Source: an uncultured Armatimonadia bacterium
GTDB taxonomy: Bacteria; Armatimonadota; Zipacnadia; Zipacnadales; UBA11051
Length of the DNA stretch: 64,000 bases
Assembly: GCA_964549395.1 (NCBI GenBank)
Contig: CAZJVY010000008.1
Span: 1,654 to 65,653 of the forward strand
Direction of reading: 5' to 3'
The notes under the pieces are model-generated. The model ran no database searches, was not told the DNA's origin, and worked only from the letters and a program-made list of their open reading frames with translations. The position numbers and the translations under genes were made by a program. This document shows, one piece after another, positions 1 through 9,362 of the stretch. Each line of letters begins with the position of its first letter. Position 1 is the stretch's first letter.

Positions 1-518
1 CTGATGACCAAGCAGTATCCGTCGGGGGGGAATCTGCGGACATACTCGATGACACCGTAGCACTGGTGGGCCGGCGTGCGCAACAAGCGGCGGAAGACAT
101 AGCTAGGATGGTGGGCGTGGACAATGTGCGGACACGTCTCACCCAGACGGAGGAGCGGGAAGTGTGCATCCAGGTGGATGGCGACAACCCGGGACTGCTG
201 ATTGGCCGTCATGGCGAAACCCTCGATGCGCTGCAACTGATAGTAGCCATCGCGGCTAACAAGGGCCTGGACGACGGGGCGCGCGTGATAGTGGATGCGG
301 AGGACTACCGCAATCGTCACACTCAGATGATAGAGAAGATGGCGCGCTCGTACGCAAGCGAGGCCAAGGAAAAGGGGCAGGAAGTAGTCATGCCGGACCT
401 CAAGGCGTACGAACGGCGCATCGTTCACATGACGCTCCGCGACGACCCCGATGTCGAGACGTATAGTGAGGGGGAGGGCGCGGAGCGCGTCCTGGTCATC
501 TCGCCCAAGGGCGGCTAG
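1..518 (+). CDS. khpB: RNA-binding protein KhpB/Jag (KH + R3H domains), 5' end outside window
   Basis: Frame open from nt 3. KH-like VCIQVDGDNPGLLIGRHGETLDALQLIV, then R3H-like DAEDYRNRHTQMIEKMA...ERRIVHMTL...VISPKG. TAG stop at 516-518. Confidence 0.6.
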   Translation, partial: DDQAVSVGGESADILDDTVALVGRRAQQAAEDIARMVGVDNVRTRLTQTEEREVCIQVDGDNPGLLIGRHGETLDALQLIVAIAANKGLDDGARVIVDAEDYRNRHTQMIEKMARSYASEAKEKGQEVVMPDLKAYERRIVHMTLRDDPDVETYSEGEGAERVLVISPKGG

Positions 519-521
519 CCG

Positions 522-1547
522 TCACAGAGGCCCTGGCGTGTGGTCTGATTGCCGGGCGCTCGACGCGTGCGTCGTCAATGCCGCTTGCAGTTCGTTCCAC
601 CTCATGAGCCCGCGCTTCGCCCCCAGATAGCGAACGACATTGGCCGCATTGAGTGCTCCGGCTCGCAATGCCTCTCGTAGGCCCAAGCCTCGGAACAAGG
701 CTGCAACACACCCGGACGCGAACGCGTCGCCTGCGCCGAGCGTTGATTTCTCCGGTACCTCAATGGCCGGCATGGTGTAGTAGGCGCTACCGTCGAACGC
801 CTCCGCGCCATTGCTGCCGTCTGTCATCACCACGATATCGCAGCCGGCCTCGTGCAGCCGCCGTAGGGCCTCCAGCTCATCGGAACGTCCCTGCTTTGGC
901 TCCACTCCCGCCAAGTGGTAGGCCTCCTGCTTGTTAACGAAGATGACGTGGGAGGCCTCGAGTGCCGCGCCCAGCCCGTCCAGACCGGAAACGATCTGAG
1001 CGCCCCCCGGGTTGATCGCGAGCTTGACACCATTATCGCGGGCATGGACTGCGATCGTCTCGAACAGCGGCGCGCTTTCTCCCGCCATGGAGGAGAGGTA
1101 TATCCATTTGGCGTCGGCCAAGGCGTCCCAATTGATCTCATCGGCCAGTAGATGCGTGCACGCTCCCCGGTGGACGAGCACGGTGCGGTCACCGGTGAAG
1201 CAGGTCAGAATAACTGAATAGCCGGTCAAGTGCTCACTCGTGCTGACGACGCTGTCAACGTCCACGTTTTCGCGGCGCAGTTTGCCCAGCACCCGCTCTG
1301 CAGCGTCATCGGTGCCGACTTTGCATATGATCCCGCTGTTCATTCCGAGCCGCGAGAAGCCCACCGCCGTATTCGTGGCGCCGCCGCCAGTGGCAATGAA
1401 GACATGCTCCACGGGGATCTTTGCCCCTTGCTCAAACGCGATGTAGGACTGCTCGTCATCAGAGTCGCGCACGGAGATGACCTTCATGTCACTTGCGCCT
1501 ACGAAAACGTCTTCGGTTGCGCTGCCAACGCTGATTATGTCGTGCAT
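522..1547 (-). CDS. PfkB-family carbohydrate kinase (ribokinase-like)
   Basis: 341 aa. N-terminal VGSATEDVFV, GG-dipeptide ATGGGATNTAVG and C-terminal anion-hole motif GAGDAFASG. TGA stop. Confidence 0.8.
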   Translation of the reverse strand: MHDIISVGSATEDVFVGASDMKVISVRDSDDEQSYIAFEQGAKIPVEHVFIATGGGATNTAVGFSRLGMNSGIICKVGTDDAAERVLGKLRRENVDVDSVVSTSEHLTGYSVILTCFTGDRTVLVHRGACTHLLADEINWDALADAKWIYLSSMAGESAPLFETIAVHARDNGVKLAINPGGAQIVSGLDGLGAALEASHVIFVNKQEAYHLAGVEPKQGRSDELEALRRLHEAGCDIVVMTDGSNGAEAFDGSAYYTMPAIEVPEKSTLGAGDAFASGCVAALFRGLGLREALRAGALNAANVVRYLGAKRGLMRWNELQAALTTHASSARQSDHTPGPL

Positions 1548-1694
1548 ACCCTCATCTCACTTGGCGGCAACTGCCTTGTAACGCCGCGGGTAACTCCAGT
1601 TTCGTCAGGAAGCTGCCTTCACCTGCTCAGGAGGTATCCGCCAAGAAACGGACGAATCTACCGGCGCAGGGAAAATGAGCGAGGAGGCGTGAAG

Positions 1695-1889
1695 ATGCCA
1701 TTTGTCGCGATAAAGATGTGGGAAGGCCGTAACCAGCAGCAGAAGGCGGACGTCATTGCGAAGGTGACGACGGCGGTCGCAGAGAGCATGGACGTCAAGC
1801 CCGAATATGTGACCGTGCTCCTGGAGGAGTATCCCAAGGGGAACTGGGGAGTAGGTGGACAACCTTCGTCAGAAGTATATCCTGACTGA
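1695..1889 (+). CDS. 4-oxalocrotonate tautomerase family protein (Pro1 tautomerase)
   Basis: 64 aa starting MPFVAIKMWEGRNQQQKADVIAKVTTAVAESMDVKPEYVTVLLEEYPKGNWGVGG, typical length and Pro1 of the 4-OT family. It is the 3' end of a long artefactual ORF (1230..1889) that runs antisense to the kinase. Confidence 0.55.
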   Translation: MPFVAIKMWEGRNQQQKADVIAKVTTAVAESMDVKPEYVTVLLEEYPKGNWGVGGQPSSEVYPD

Positions 1890-2014
1890 TGGTCAAGCTG
1901 TGGCTGGGAACAGCCGCACCACGCAGCAAGGATGACAGCCCGACATGCCCGTGTGGCCGCTAGAGGCGTCCACCGACACGGCGGCGTGTTCCGGGCCTCG
2001 GAGGAGCCAAACTG

Positions 2015-3283
2015 ATGGAGCAGAGACTGGCGGCATTGGTCGAGGAGCGCAGAGAGAGCATCTTTGAGATGCTCGCAGACCTAGTCCGCATCGAAACCAC
2101 GAACCCATATTCGGGCGACGCTGACCCGGCAGGCGAGAAAGCCGGGCAGGAGTACTTGCAGCCTGTGTTGCGCGAGATGGGTGCCGAGGTCGCGATGTTT
2201 GACTGCCCCGATGACATCTACGAACGCACTCATGTCATCGGGCCGGAGAACCGCAACTTCAGAGATCGGCCGAATCTGGTTGCCACGTGGGATTTCGGTG
2301 GCGGCCCTACCGTAATCGTCAACGGCCACATGGACACGGTGGGGATTGACACCTACAACGGAGACCCACTGAGTGCGTGCATACAGGACGGAAGGATGCT
2401 GGGGCGCGGCACGAGCGACTGCAAGGGAGGCGTCACGGCGGGCGTCAGCGCAATCAGGGCGCTGCTGGACGTTGCCGATGACCTCAATGGCAAGCTCATA
2501 TTCGAGAGCGTAGTGGATGAGGAGTGTAACGGCAGCGGCGCAGGCACTTTGGCCTGCCTGGATGCCGGCTACCTGGGCGACATGGCCGTGTTTGTGGACG
2601 GAAAAGATGACACGGTCACGGTCGGGTGCAATGGATGTCTGACTGCGGCTGTTGACGTGCGGGGACAGGCCGGACACGCAGCCCGGGGCACCGGCGTCAA
2701 CGCCATCGAGAAAGGCGTTGTCATCCAGGAAGCGGTGTACGCATTCAAGCACGCGCGCGAGGCGGAGCGACCGGAGGCACGCTTGAACCTCGGCGTGTTC
2801 CGCGGCGGCATCCATCCTGCCGTGGTGCCGGCCGAGGCGCGCCTGGAGATGAACATGGTGTACGAACTTGACGAGGCGCAGGCCGGCATGGACAAGACGG
2901 GCATCTGGGGCGGCGCAGTGGTGCGAGAGGAATACGAAAGGTACATTCGCGCCGCGGAGGAGGTGGACGATTGGCTGCGCGCGCATCCGTGCACAATCAC
3001 TTGGATCAAGGACCTTGTGCCGTTCAGTGAGGACGAAGACCAACCGCTGGTGCACGACGTCAGCGATGCCTTTGCGGGTGTGATGGGGGCCCGGCCGGTC
3101 ATTGACAGGATGGTTGCCTGGACTGACGCTTGCTGGCCGTCTGCCTATGCACACATACCGACCGTTCTGTACGGGCCTGGGGCTGGCGATGCACCGCATA
3201 CCGACGATGAGTACATTGACCTGGAGGCGCTGATCCGCTGCAGCAAGGTGTTGGGAGTATTTCTTCTGCGGCAGTTAACCTAG
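2015..3283 (+). CDS. M20-family metallopeptidase (ArgE/DapE-like deacylase)
   Basis: 422 aa. Metal-binding motifs NGHMDTV, GTSDCKGG and VVDEECNGSGAG, and the two-domain M20 layout. Confidence 0.8.
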   Translation: MEQRLAALVEERRESIFEMLADLVRIETTNPYSGDADPAGEKAGQEYLQPVLREMGAEVAMFDCPDDIYERTHVIGPENRNFRDRPNLVATWDFGGGPTVIVNGHMDTVGIDTYNGDPLSACIQDGRMLGRGTSDCKGGVTAGVSAIRALLDVADDLNGKLIFESVVDEECNGSGAGTLACLDAGYLGDMAVFVDGKDDTVTVGCNGCLTAAVDVRGQAGHAARGTGVNAIEKGVVIQEAVYAFKHAREAERPEARLNLGVFRGGIHPAVVPAEARLEMNMVYELDEAQAGMDKTGIWGGAVVREEYERYIRAAEEVDDWLRAHPCTITWIKDLVPFSEDEDQPLVHDVSDAFAGVMGARPVIDRMVAWTDACWPSAYAHIPTVLYGPGAGDAPHTDDEYIDLEALIRCSKVLGVFLLRQLT

Positions 3284-3348
3284 ATTTGCGTAGCGGCGCA
3301 GATATCGTCGTGTGAGGCGCCGAATCGTCACCCCGGCAATGTCAAAGG

Positions 3349-4299
3349 CTAAGGGGCAAGTTTGAGGTCTTCGAGTTGCTGCAGCAGACCGAGCGCGAGC
3401 GGGGTCCACGGCGAATCGAACTCCGGTGCGCTCCTGTCGTTTGTTCTAAACGTGCGCAATACAGTCCAAGCTTGCTTGTATTTCTCGGCGGCTATGAGAC
3501 AAACGCCCTGGTAGTAGCGTGCCTCAAGGAGCCGATCGCTGTCCGGGTAGCGGGCCGCATAGTCCTCGAGCTGCTGGCGAACGCGTTCCGGTTCGTCAGC
3601 GATAGCCATGATCGTGAGGTCGAGATAGGCGTTGGCGAACGCACCGGCCTGGTTGGCCGGGTCAAGTTGGAGAGCCTTCTGCAAGTGAGGCCGTGCCTCT
3701 TCGAAGCGTTCGAGTTCGACGAGCATATGGCCGACTTGGGCGTAAACTGCTGCAGTAGGCGCGACGGCAAGCTGCCGCAGACCAGCAATGAGCTGCAGGA
3801 CCTTCTGGAGGCGAATGGCAAAGGCCGCGGCGGCGAGGTCGGTCACGTCACGGGGGTGCGCCTCGCCGACAGTGGTGGGTGTGTAGCCCTGGTCGCGGAA
3901 ATACTGCGAACCGTCCTTGTCCAGGAAGATGAGCACTGGCGGGGCCGAGTAGAGTGTAACCCATTCGTCGGTCTGCTTGACAACGCCGATCTTGTACTGC
4001 TCGCAGAAGCTCTTGGTCGCTTCGTCGTCCGCATTCGCGGCGAAGAGCTCGAACTTCTTGAGATGTTCAATCACCTGCGGGTGGCGCAGGATCTTGTTGA
4101 TCAGGTTCTGGGAATGTTCATCATCGGGTGCGTAGCCGACGACGAGAATCGGTTTGGCGCTCTGTGCTGATTGCGCCTGGGCGGCGGCGAACGTGGGATG
4201 CCAGCGCACCTCGGGGGTGATTGCCAAGAGCGCGCTTGGCACGAGTGCGAACAACACCACTGACACCTGGCATGCGCGCCGCAGCATCGAACAATACAT
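3349..4299 (-). CDS. Secreted thioredoxin-fold (no CxxC) plus TPR-like domain protein
   Basis: The ORF runs to 4407 but the likely start is MYCSMLRRACQVSVVLFALVPSALLA (signal peptide), since the upstream part is Gly/Pro-rich low complexity. Thioredoxin-like ILVVGYAPD...IGVVKQTDEWVTLYSAPPVLIFLDKDG, then helical TPR-like repeats. Confidence 0.45.
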   Translation of the reverse strand: MYCSMLRRACQVSVVLFALVPSALLAITPEVRWHPTFAAAQAQSAQSAKPILVVGYAPDDEHSQNLINKILRHPQVIEHLKKFELFAANADDEATKSFCEQYKIGVVKQTDEWVTLYSAPPVLIFLDKDGSQYFRDQGYTPTTVGEAHPRDVTDLAAAAFAIRLQKVLQLIAGLRQLAVAPTAAVYAQVGHMLVELERFEEARPHLQKALQLDPANQAGAFANAYLDLTIMAIADEPERVRQQLEDYAARYPDSDRLLEARYYQGVCLIAAEKYKQAWTVLRTFRTNDRSAPEFDSPWTPLALGLLQQLEDLKLAP

Positions 4300-4523
4300 C
4301 GTAGAGCCGCCTCCAAGTTGCTGTGGTTGCGTCTGATCCGGCACAGCAAACCGCCCGGTTCCCGCCGGGGCGGTTCCGGAAAAATGCTGAGCACCAGTCT
4401 TGTCCAAGAGTATATCCTAAGTTATGCTAAGGCACAAGCATTGTGGAGGCCGGGGCCCAGGTCCTAGCCCGCAGCGTTCCATGGTCGCATCGGTCACGGT
4501 TCAGGTCGCGATAGCAGCCAGAG

Positions 4524-5807
4524 ATGCACGAGATGACAAAACCTGCAGCGGACAAAGCCACACTGAAACGATTCGCCTGCGCGTCGGCCATACTTCTCGG
4601 CGCCGATGTGGTCGTATTCCGGCTATTGCTCCCAAATCGTATCTGGCTGGCCGACTATCCGATCCCTACAATTGACGCCAGCATAGCTGACTGGCTGTCC
4701 CTCATCGCTTGGCCCGCCTTCGCCGTCGCCGGGATCACCCTGTGGTTGCTGCCGCACATGAAGCAGCGCCCCCGCGAGGACTGGACACGGGCGCGAGTCT
4801 CGCTTTGGCTGCTGTTTTTCGGCTGCCTCATTGAGGGGCTCGCACGCACGTTGCTGAACATGCCGGTAATCGGCAACGGGGTGGCCATGCTTGGTTCCGT
4901 TATGCAGTTGGGCGGCACGATGCTTTATGTCGCTGCCATCTGGGCCGGGATTTCCCGCTCTCTACATCCGGCCGCCCGAGACGTGTTGTTACAGATGGGA
5001 GCAGTGTGGTTTCTTGTCTCGGTCGGCCTGCATTTCGCGTACAACATGAGCCTGGCTTTGGAATACACCGCCAGCGCCTATCTGCGTTCAGTTGACGCCC
5101 TGTACGCGGGATTCGCGCTGGGATTCATCGGGAACACCGGCCTGTGGCTGCTGACCTCGGTTATGCCACAGTTCCTGAATACTCGCGAGCCGCGCCCTCG
5201 GGTGATCAGCGGCGTGCTGACCTACAACGTTGTCTTGCTGTTGTGGGTGCTGGGCGAGGCCTGGGCGTTGCAGTATCCGTACACTTGGGTGCGTCTGCCG
5301 TTGGCGCTGGCCGGACTGGGAACCGCAGGCGTAACGATATACCTGTTGACCGATCTGAGCGCGTTCCGCTATCTCGGCGCGCAGGTGACCGCGCCGAGGA
5401 GAGTACTGGCCAAGGTGACGGCTGGGGCTGCCGTCGTGGGCATGGTGGCCAGCGTGGCCATAGTTGCGGCCATCGGCGTGTGGCTGGGGAGCACCAGCGA
5501 CGTCTGGGTCCCCAACATCAGCCACGCGCTTCAGGAAGTGCTGCGAGTGGGCGTGGGTACTTTCCTGCTAATGGCCATGTTCATCAGCTTTCTGGGGCCT
5601 AGAGCGGGGACGGGCGCCAGAGGCGGTGTGCTCTGGCTGGCTATAGTCTTAGTGACCGGGGGGCTAGTCACACAGGCTGGTGTCAACCTTCTGGTCCCAC
5701 TAACGGCTCTGGACCTGGGCCATATACAGAACGTGGCCGGCGGGGTACTAGCTGCCGGACATCTTCTGGTCGTAATGTGGCTGCTGGTCTCCGCGCCTAC
5801 TGCATGA
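4524..5807 (+). CDS. Hypothetical polytopic integral membrane protein (about 12 TM segments)
   Basis: 427 aa with multiple long hydrophobic segments and Trp/Leu-rich helices. No recognisable family motif. Confidence 0.45.
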   Translation: MHEMTKPAADKATLKRFACASAILLGADVVVFRLLLPNRIWLADYPIPTIDASIADWLSLIAWPAFAVAGITLWLLPHMKQRPREDWTRARVSLWLLFFGCLIEGLARTLLNMPVIGNGVAMLGSVMQLGGTMLYVAAIWAGISRSLHPAARDVLLQMGAVWFLVSVGLHFAYNMSLALEYTASAYLRSVDALYAGFALGFIGNTGLWLLTSVMPQFLNTREPRPRVISGVLTYNVVLLLWVLGEAWALQYPYTWVRLPLALAGLGTAGVTIYLLTDLSAFRYLGAQVTAPRRVLAKVTAGAAVVGMVASVAIVAAIGVWLGSTSDVWVPNISHALQEVLRVGVGTFLLMAMFISFLGPRAGTGARGGVLWLAIVLVTGGLVTQAGVNLLVPLTALDLGHIQNVAGGVLAAGHLLVVMWLLVSAPTA

Positions 5808-5889
5808 GACCCCGCATCATACTGCTTGTGCAATGAACCCCAAATCTACCCTTGCATTGAGCATTCCCTCGGTCCCTCGGCAAGACCGC

Positions 5890-6729
5890 CTAGAAGGTAA
5901 GGCGGCCCTTGAGCCATACTTCGTCGGTGTGTCGGCCGTATTGAACCTGGAAGGGGCCGTATTGGGCGGCGATGAACGTGACCTTCGGGGAATGGAGCAG
6001 AGGCGAGTCGCCGTGGGCGAGCCGACGCAGCTCCTTCGCCGTATTATCGAGGCTTATCAGTCGCTCGATAGCCTCGTCCCATGTCGTGGTCAGAATGACA
6101 TGGTCTGCATGCAGCAGCCTGCGCGTGTTCCTCGCAACCCAGTCGTGGCCCACAAAGTAGCGGTTGAGCGCTGTATCGAATGCTGCAATGGGTTTCAGAG
6201 TCACAACAGCCATGAGCGGGAAGTAGAGATTGCTGGCCGCGTAGGCATCACCCCGTCGCAGGGCGGCGATGACCGCTTCAGGGCTCAGTCGTTCCGCCAT
6301 GATCGCCGAATAGGGCAGACCGACGCCCTGCGCATAGCGCGTGTAGCTGGCGTAGAGAGCGGGCTTGTCAGCCAGTTCCGGATCGTACAGGATGGTCATG
6401 GTGCGGAACAGCTCGAATAGAGGGGGCTGGATGAAGTAGCCGTCCACATTAAGCCGGCGCAGCAGGTCCATCTTCCCCAACTCGCCGGGGTGATTGAGCA
6501 ACAGCGCCCCGCCCTGCATATGGACCTCGTGGATGGTGCGCTCGAACGTCATGCCCTCGGGGACGCGGTGTTGCAGGCCCACCGCAGTGACACTGCCGCC
6601 AAGACAGTTAATCCGCTCTCCGGCTATAACCTGGAACTCGGCCGGCAGCAGGCCTTTGCGCTTAAGTTCATCCGCTATGCGAGCAGCCTCCTGTGCGCCC
6701 CCAATCTGCCCGTGATCAGCTACCACCAC
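5890..6729 (-). CDS. PHP-domain (polymerase/histidinol-phosphatase-like) phosphoesterase, C-terminal portion, in frame with the upstream ORF across a TGA
   Basis: Sequence after the stop, GIDAVVVADHGQIGGAQEAARIADELKRKGLLPAEFQVIAGERINC, aligns with the PHP pattern GxxAIAITDHDTVAG...G(I/V)EVIPG(V)EIS. Metal ligands are partly substituted (DHD to DHG, E to R). See the finding at 5890-7653. Confidence 0.5.
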   Translation of the reverse strand: MVVADHGQIGGAQEAARIADELKRKGLLPAEFQVIAGERINCLGGSVTAVGLQHRVPEGMTFERTIHEVHMQGGALLLNHPGELGKMDLLRRLNVDGYFIQPPLFELFRTMTILYDPELADKPALYASYTRYAQGVGLPYSAIMAERLSPEAVIAALRRGDAYAASNLYFPLMAVVTLKPIAAFDTALNRYFVGHDWVARNTRRLLHADHVILTTTWDEAIERLISLDNTAKELRRLAHGDSPLLHSPKVTFIAAQYGPFQVQYGRHTDEVWLKGRLTF

Positions 6730-6741
6730 GGCGTCAATGCC

Positions 6742-7653
6742 TCATTGTGCGGCCAGCCGCAGCATGCGGGACATACTGACCGCAGTATCGTAGGAGAGAG
6801 AGGACCGCACGTGCAGATCAATGGCAAATGAGGTCTCGTCAGGCGTGACCTTCCAGAGGCTTTCGGGTAGGAGCTTAAGCACCGCGTCGGTCGCTACTTC
6901 GAGGGCGATGTCGTTGCGTAGGGCATTCTCACCAGCCAGGGCCCCGATGGCGGCGCTTGAGGCGGCTTCTGAACTGCGCCCATTGACAAGGAAGTGGGCC
7001 AGTGCAAGTGCCCAACGGCGCTGGGCTGCTGCGTGGTCGTGATTGAGGTAATCAATTTCGCGCCTGGCGATGTCGAATGGATTGCTGGTCAGGTTCTGTT
7101 CCAGCGGCCAGTACCCGAAGTACTCATCAGCGCAGAAGTCTGCAAGCGTCTTGCCAGGTTGGTGCTCGGGCCAGTAGTCGGGGCAGAACTCTATCGGTAC
7201 GCGGTGCTGGATGGCCAGGTCAAGCGGGGCGACCATGGTCGTCCCGGCAGGCAAGCGCAGGGCAATGGGCACTCCGCAGAGCGCAGCCGGTTGCCCGGAG
7301 GACAATGCCGACACGTCGTCCCATGGAGGCAGAAAGAGCGCGACATAGGGGTCGGCAGTGAGGCCGAGAGAAAGCTCACCGCGGGCGAGAGCGGCAAGAT
7401 CGGCCCCGGCGGTAACGAGGTCGCGATTCACAACGCCCCCAGCGTTGCAGACCACTGAGGCAACCACAATACTGGCCGCCGCCAGAGAGAGTATCGCGAC
7501 CAGCCGCCAGAGGATATCAAACGGAGGCTGAACGGGTGAACTATGGTCCGCAGAGGGTTTCAACGAGACACTCACCCGGCATTCGCACTTGAGCGCGTCT
7601 GGTGCCACAAGCACGACCGGGATGCTGAGAGCCCGGCCGCCGTACGGTGCCAT
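6742..7653 (-). CDS. Membrane-anchored N-terminal portion of the PHP-domain protein, ending at the in-frame TGA
   Basis: TM segment ILWRLVAILSLAAASIVVASVV, an extracytoplasmic region, then the PHP motif-I equivalent IDLHVRSSLSYDTAVSMSRMLRLAAQ (consensus DLHVHSxxSDG) immediately before the stop at 6742-6744. Confidence 0.45.
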   Translation of the reverse strand: MAPYGGRALSIPVVLVAPDALKCECRVSVSLKPSADHSSPVQPPFDILWRLVAILSLAAASIVVASVVCNAGGVVNRDLVTAGADLAALARGELSLGLTADPYVALFLPPWDDVSALSSGQPAALCGVPIALRLPAGTTMVAPLDLAIQHRVPIEFCPDYWPEHQPGKTLADFCADEYFGYWPLEQNLTSNPFDIARREIDYLNHDHAAAQRRWALALAHFLVNGRSSEAASSAAIGALAGENALRNDIALEVATDAVLKLLPESLWKVTPDETSFAIDLHVRSSLSYDTAVSMSRMLRLAAQ

Positions 7654-7680
7654 GAGAAAGTGTTGGTTCGGATGGCAGAT

Positions 7681-8274
7681 CTACTTGTCTTCTGACAGCG
7701 CCAATGGCTCCGGTTTCGGAAGAACATCAACCTGTCCGGCGAGCGTCCCCATCGGGATTTCGTAGGCCCGGCCCTGCGACTGATAGCCGAGCTTCTCTAG
7801 AGCCTGCGTGCTGCATTGGCGGACAAGTGCTGCGGGTGCCGCTCCGATCTTGGCACTCGTACCGGCCAGCAGCACCGTGACGGCTTGCCTGCTGCCGATC
7901 TCACCAAGTGTCCACGCCGCCCATGCGCGGAATGGCTCCGCAAGGTGTGCGTTGCTGAGTATCTTGCCCACATCCTCCACGACCCGGTTGGGTGCCTTGG
8001 AATCCCTGCGCGCAATCTCGCGGCCCTTCTTCACGACTGCTACGGCTGCCAGGTCGGCCAGTTCGTCGTCCTTCTCCAGTACCCCCAGTAGCTGCTCGGT
8101 CGCCCGCGGATCCTTGACGTTGGCGAGCGCGTGGACGGCCTGGATTCTAGTCTGGATATCCTGGGACTGTATGTCGTTGCTGGGTTGCTCCATGGGATCC
8201 AGCGCGCACCCGCTCGCGATCAGCAACGGCAGGAGGGCACACAGGAAGGCGAGAGTCGTCAGATTGGAGCGCAT
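7681..8274 (-). CDS. HEAT-repeat (PBS-lyase type) lipoprotein
   Basis: Likely start MRSNLTTLAFLCALLPLLIASGC (lipobox LIASGC). Repeats of the type IQAVHALANVKDPRATEQL and FRAWAAWTLGEIGS. Confidence 0.55.
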   Translation of the reverse strand: MRSNLTTLAFLCALLPLLIASGCALDPMEQPSNDIQSQDIQTRIQAVHALANVKDPRATEQLLGVLEKDDELADLAAVAVVKKGREIARRDSKAPNRVVEDVGKILSNAHLAEPFRAWAAWTLGEIGSRQAVTVLLAGTSAKIGAAPAALVRQCSTQALEKLGYQSQGRAYEIPMGTLAGQVDVLPKPEPLALSEDK

Positions 8275-8326
8275 CAGTTCTCCTCCGGTACGGTAGATAT
8301 GTTGCCAGACGACGGCGCGGCCGCGC

Positions 8327-9298
8327 TTAGATGCCGAGCGGCCCAAGACTGGTCCTGGCTTCTTCGGCGGCCTCGCGTACCCAGTAGTGCTCGTCTCCCT
8401 CAGCTCTTGTTAGCACACTGTCCACCCGGTGCTTCGCGCCTTCGGGTATGAGTGAAGCCTTGCCAAGCGACTGAATGGCGGCGATGCGAACATCGCCGGC
8501 GCTGTCGTCGAAAGCGGCCAGGAGATTGTCCAGAATCACTGCCATCTGGTCTTCATTCTCGTTGTTGAGTGCGACGTCACCAAGTGCGTAGGACGCGGTC
8601 GCACGGACACGTTCGCTCGGCTCCGTATTCTCATGCACGGCGTCGCCGAGGGCTCTTATGCCATCATCAGTGCCGAGCCGGCCGAGAGCACGCGCGGCGG
8701 CGACCCGTAGGAAGAGCGAGGAGTCTTCCGGCGCTTCGGTCTCCGCGGCGGCTTCGCCTCCCTCATCGCCAGGCGGCTTTGCGGCTGGCGGCCGGGCGAC
8801 CAGTGCCTCGACCAGAGCCGCGACACTCCCCGCCTCACCCAAAATCCCCAATGACGCCGCAGCAGCGGCACGCACCAAGACGTCCTCGGACTGGTTGCGC
8901 AAGCTTTCCGTCAGGGCGGCAACCACGCCGTCGCCACCCAACTTGCCGAGTGCGATCGCGGCATCGCGCCGGACGAACTTGTCCTTATCGCTTTTCAGCA
9001 GGGGGGGAAGGAGGGCGCTGTCGGCGGCATCACCGCAAACGCCGATCAACATAACCGCCCGCGAACGGACCTGCGGGTTCAGGTTGTCGAGGGTCTCACT
9101 CAAGCGCGGCACTACCGAGCGACCGCGCGAACTGAGACCGTCCATCGCCTTGAGAACGGCGGCCGTATCGCCGCTGTCAAGGTCAACGAGGTACTCGGCG
9201 GTCTTCGCCGCTCGCTGATAGAGGGTGATGCCATAAATGGCGCCCACTATGATGACCAGAACGATGATTATCATGACCGTTCGTGCATTCACCAGCAT
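8327..9298 (-). CDS. Membrane-anchored HEAT-repeat protein
   Basis: N-terminal TM MIIIVLVIIVGAIYGI. Multiple HEAT_2-like repeats (VRSRAVMLIGVCGD, VRRDAAIALGKLG, VRAAAAASLGILG, VAAARALGRLG, VRIAAIQSLGK). Confidence 0.6.
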   Translation of the reverse strand: MLVNARTVMIIIVLVIIVGAIYGITLYQRAAKTAEYLVDLDSGDTAAVLKAMDGLSSRGRSVVPRLSETLDNLNPQVRSRAVMLIGVCGDAADSALLPPLLKSDKDKFVRRDAAIALGKLGGDGVVAALTESLRNQSEDVLVRAAAAASLGILGEAGSVAALVEALVARPPAAKPPGDEGGEAAAETEAPEDSSLFLRVAAARALGRLGTDDGIRALGDAVHENTEPSERVRATASYALGDVALNNENEDQMAVILDNLLAAFDDSAGDVRIAAIQSLGKASLIPEGAKHRVDSVLTRAEGDEHYWVREAAEEARTSLGPLGI

Positions 9299-9362
9299 TC
9301 CATCCTTGCGCAGGCCGAGCTGGCGCTCGTCGGCCTGACTTGAAGTGTCGGTCAGGGCAATG

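Noticed and set aside
1230-1889. 219-aa ORF on the plus strand overlapping the PfkB kinase gene
   Set aside because: Only the last 64 codons (1695-1889) look like a real protein, the 4-OT tautomerase. The upstream part is antisense to a confidently recognised kinase and has low-complexity composition typical of high-GC shadow frames.
2081-3199. 372-aa minus-strand ORF
   Set aside because: Fully antisense to the M20 peptidase gene. Arg/Pro/Ala/His-rich low-complexity translation, so a shadow ORF.
6742-6744. TGA inside the PHP gene as evidence of a UGA-recoding genetic code (UGA=Gly/Trp) or selenocysteine
   Set aside because: TGA terminates several confidently identified genes in this window (PfkB kinase at 522-524, paralog 3 at 56373-56375), and all other long genes lack internal TGA, so global recoding is excluded. 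The position is not a redox Cys-equivalent and no SECIS-like structure is evident, so Sec is unlikely. Kept as a pseudogene or readthrough finding instead.
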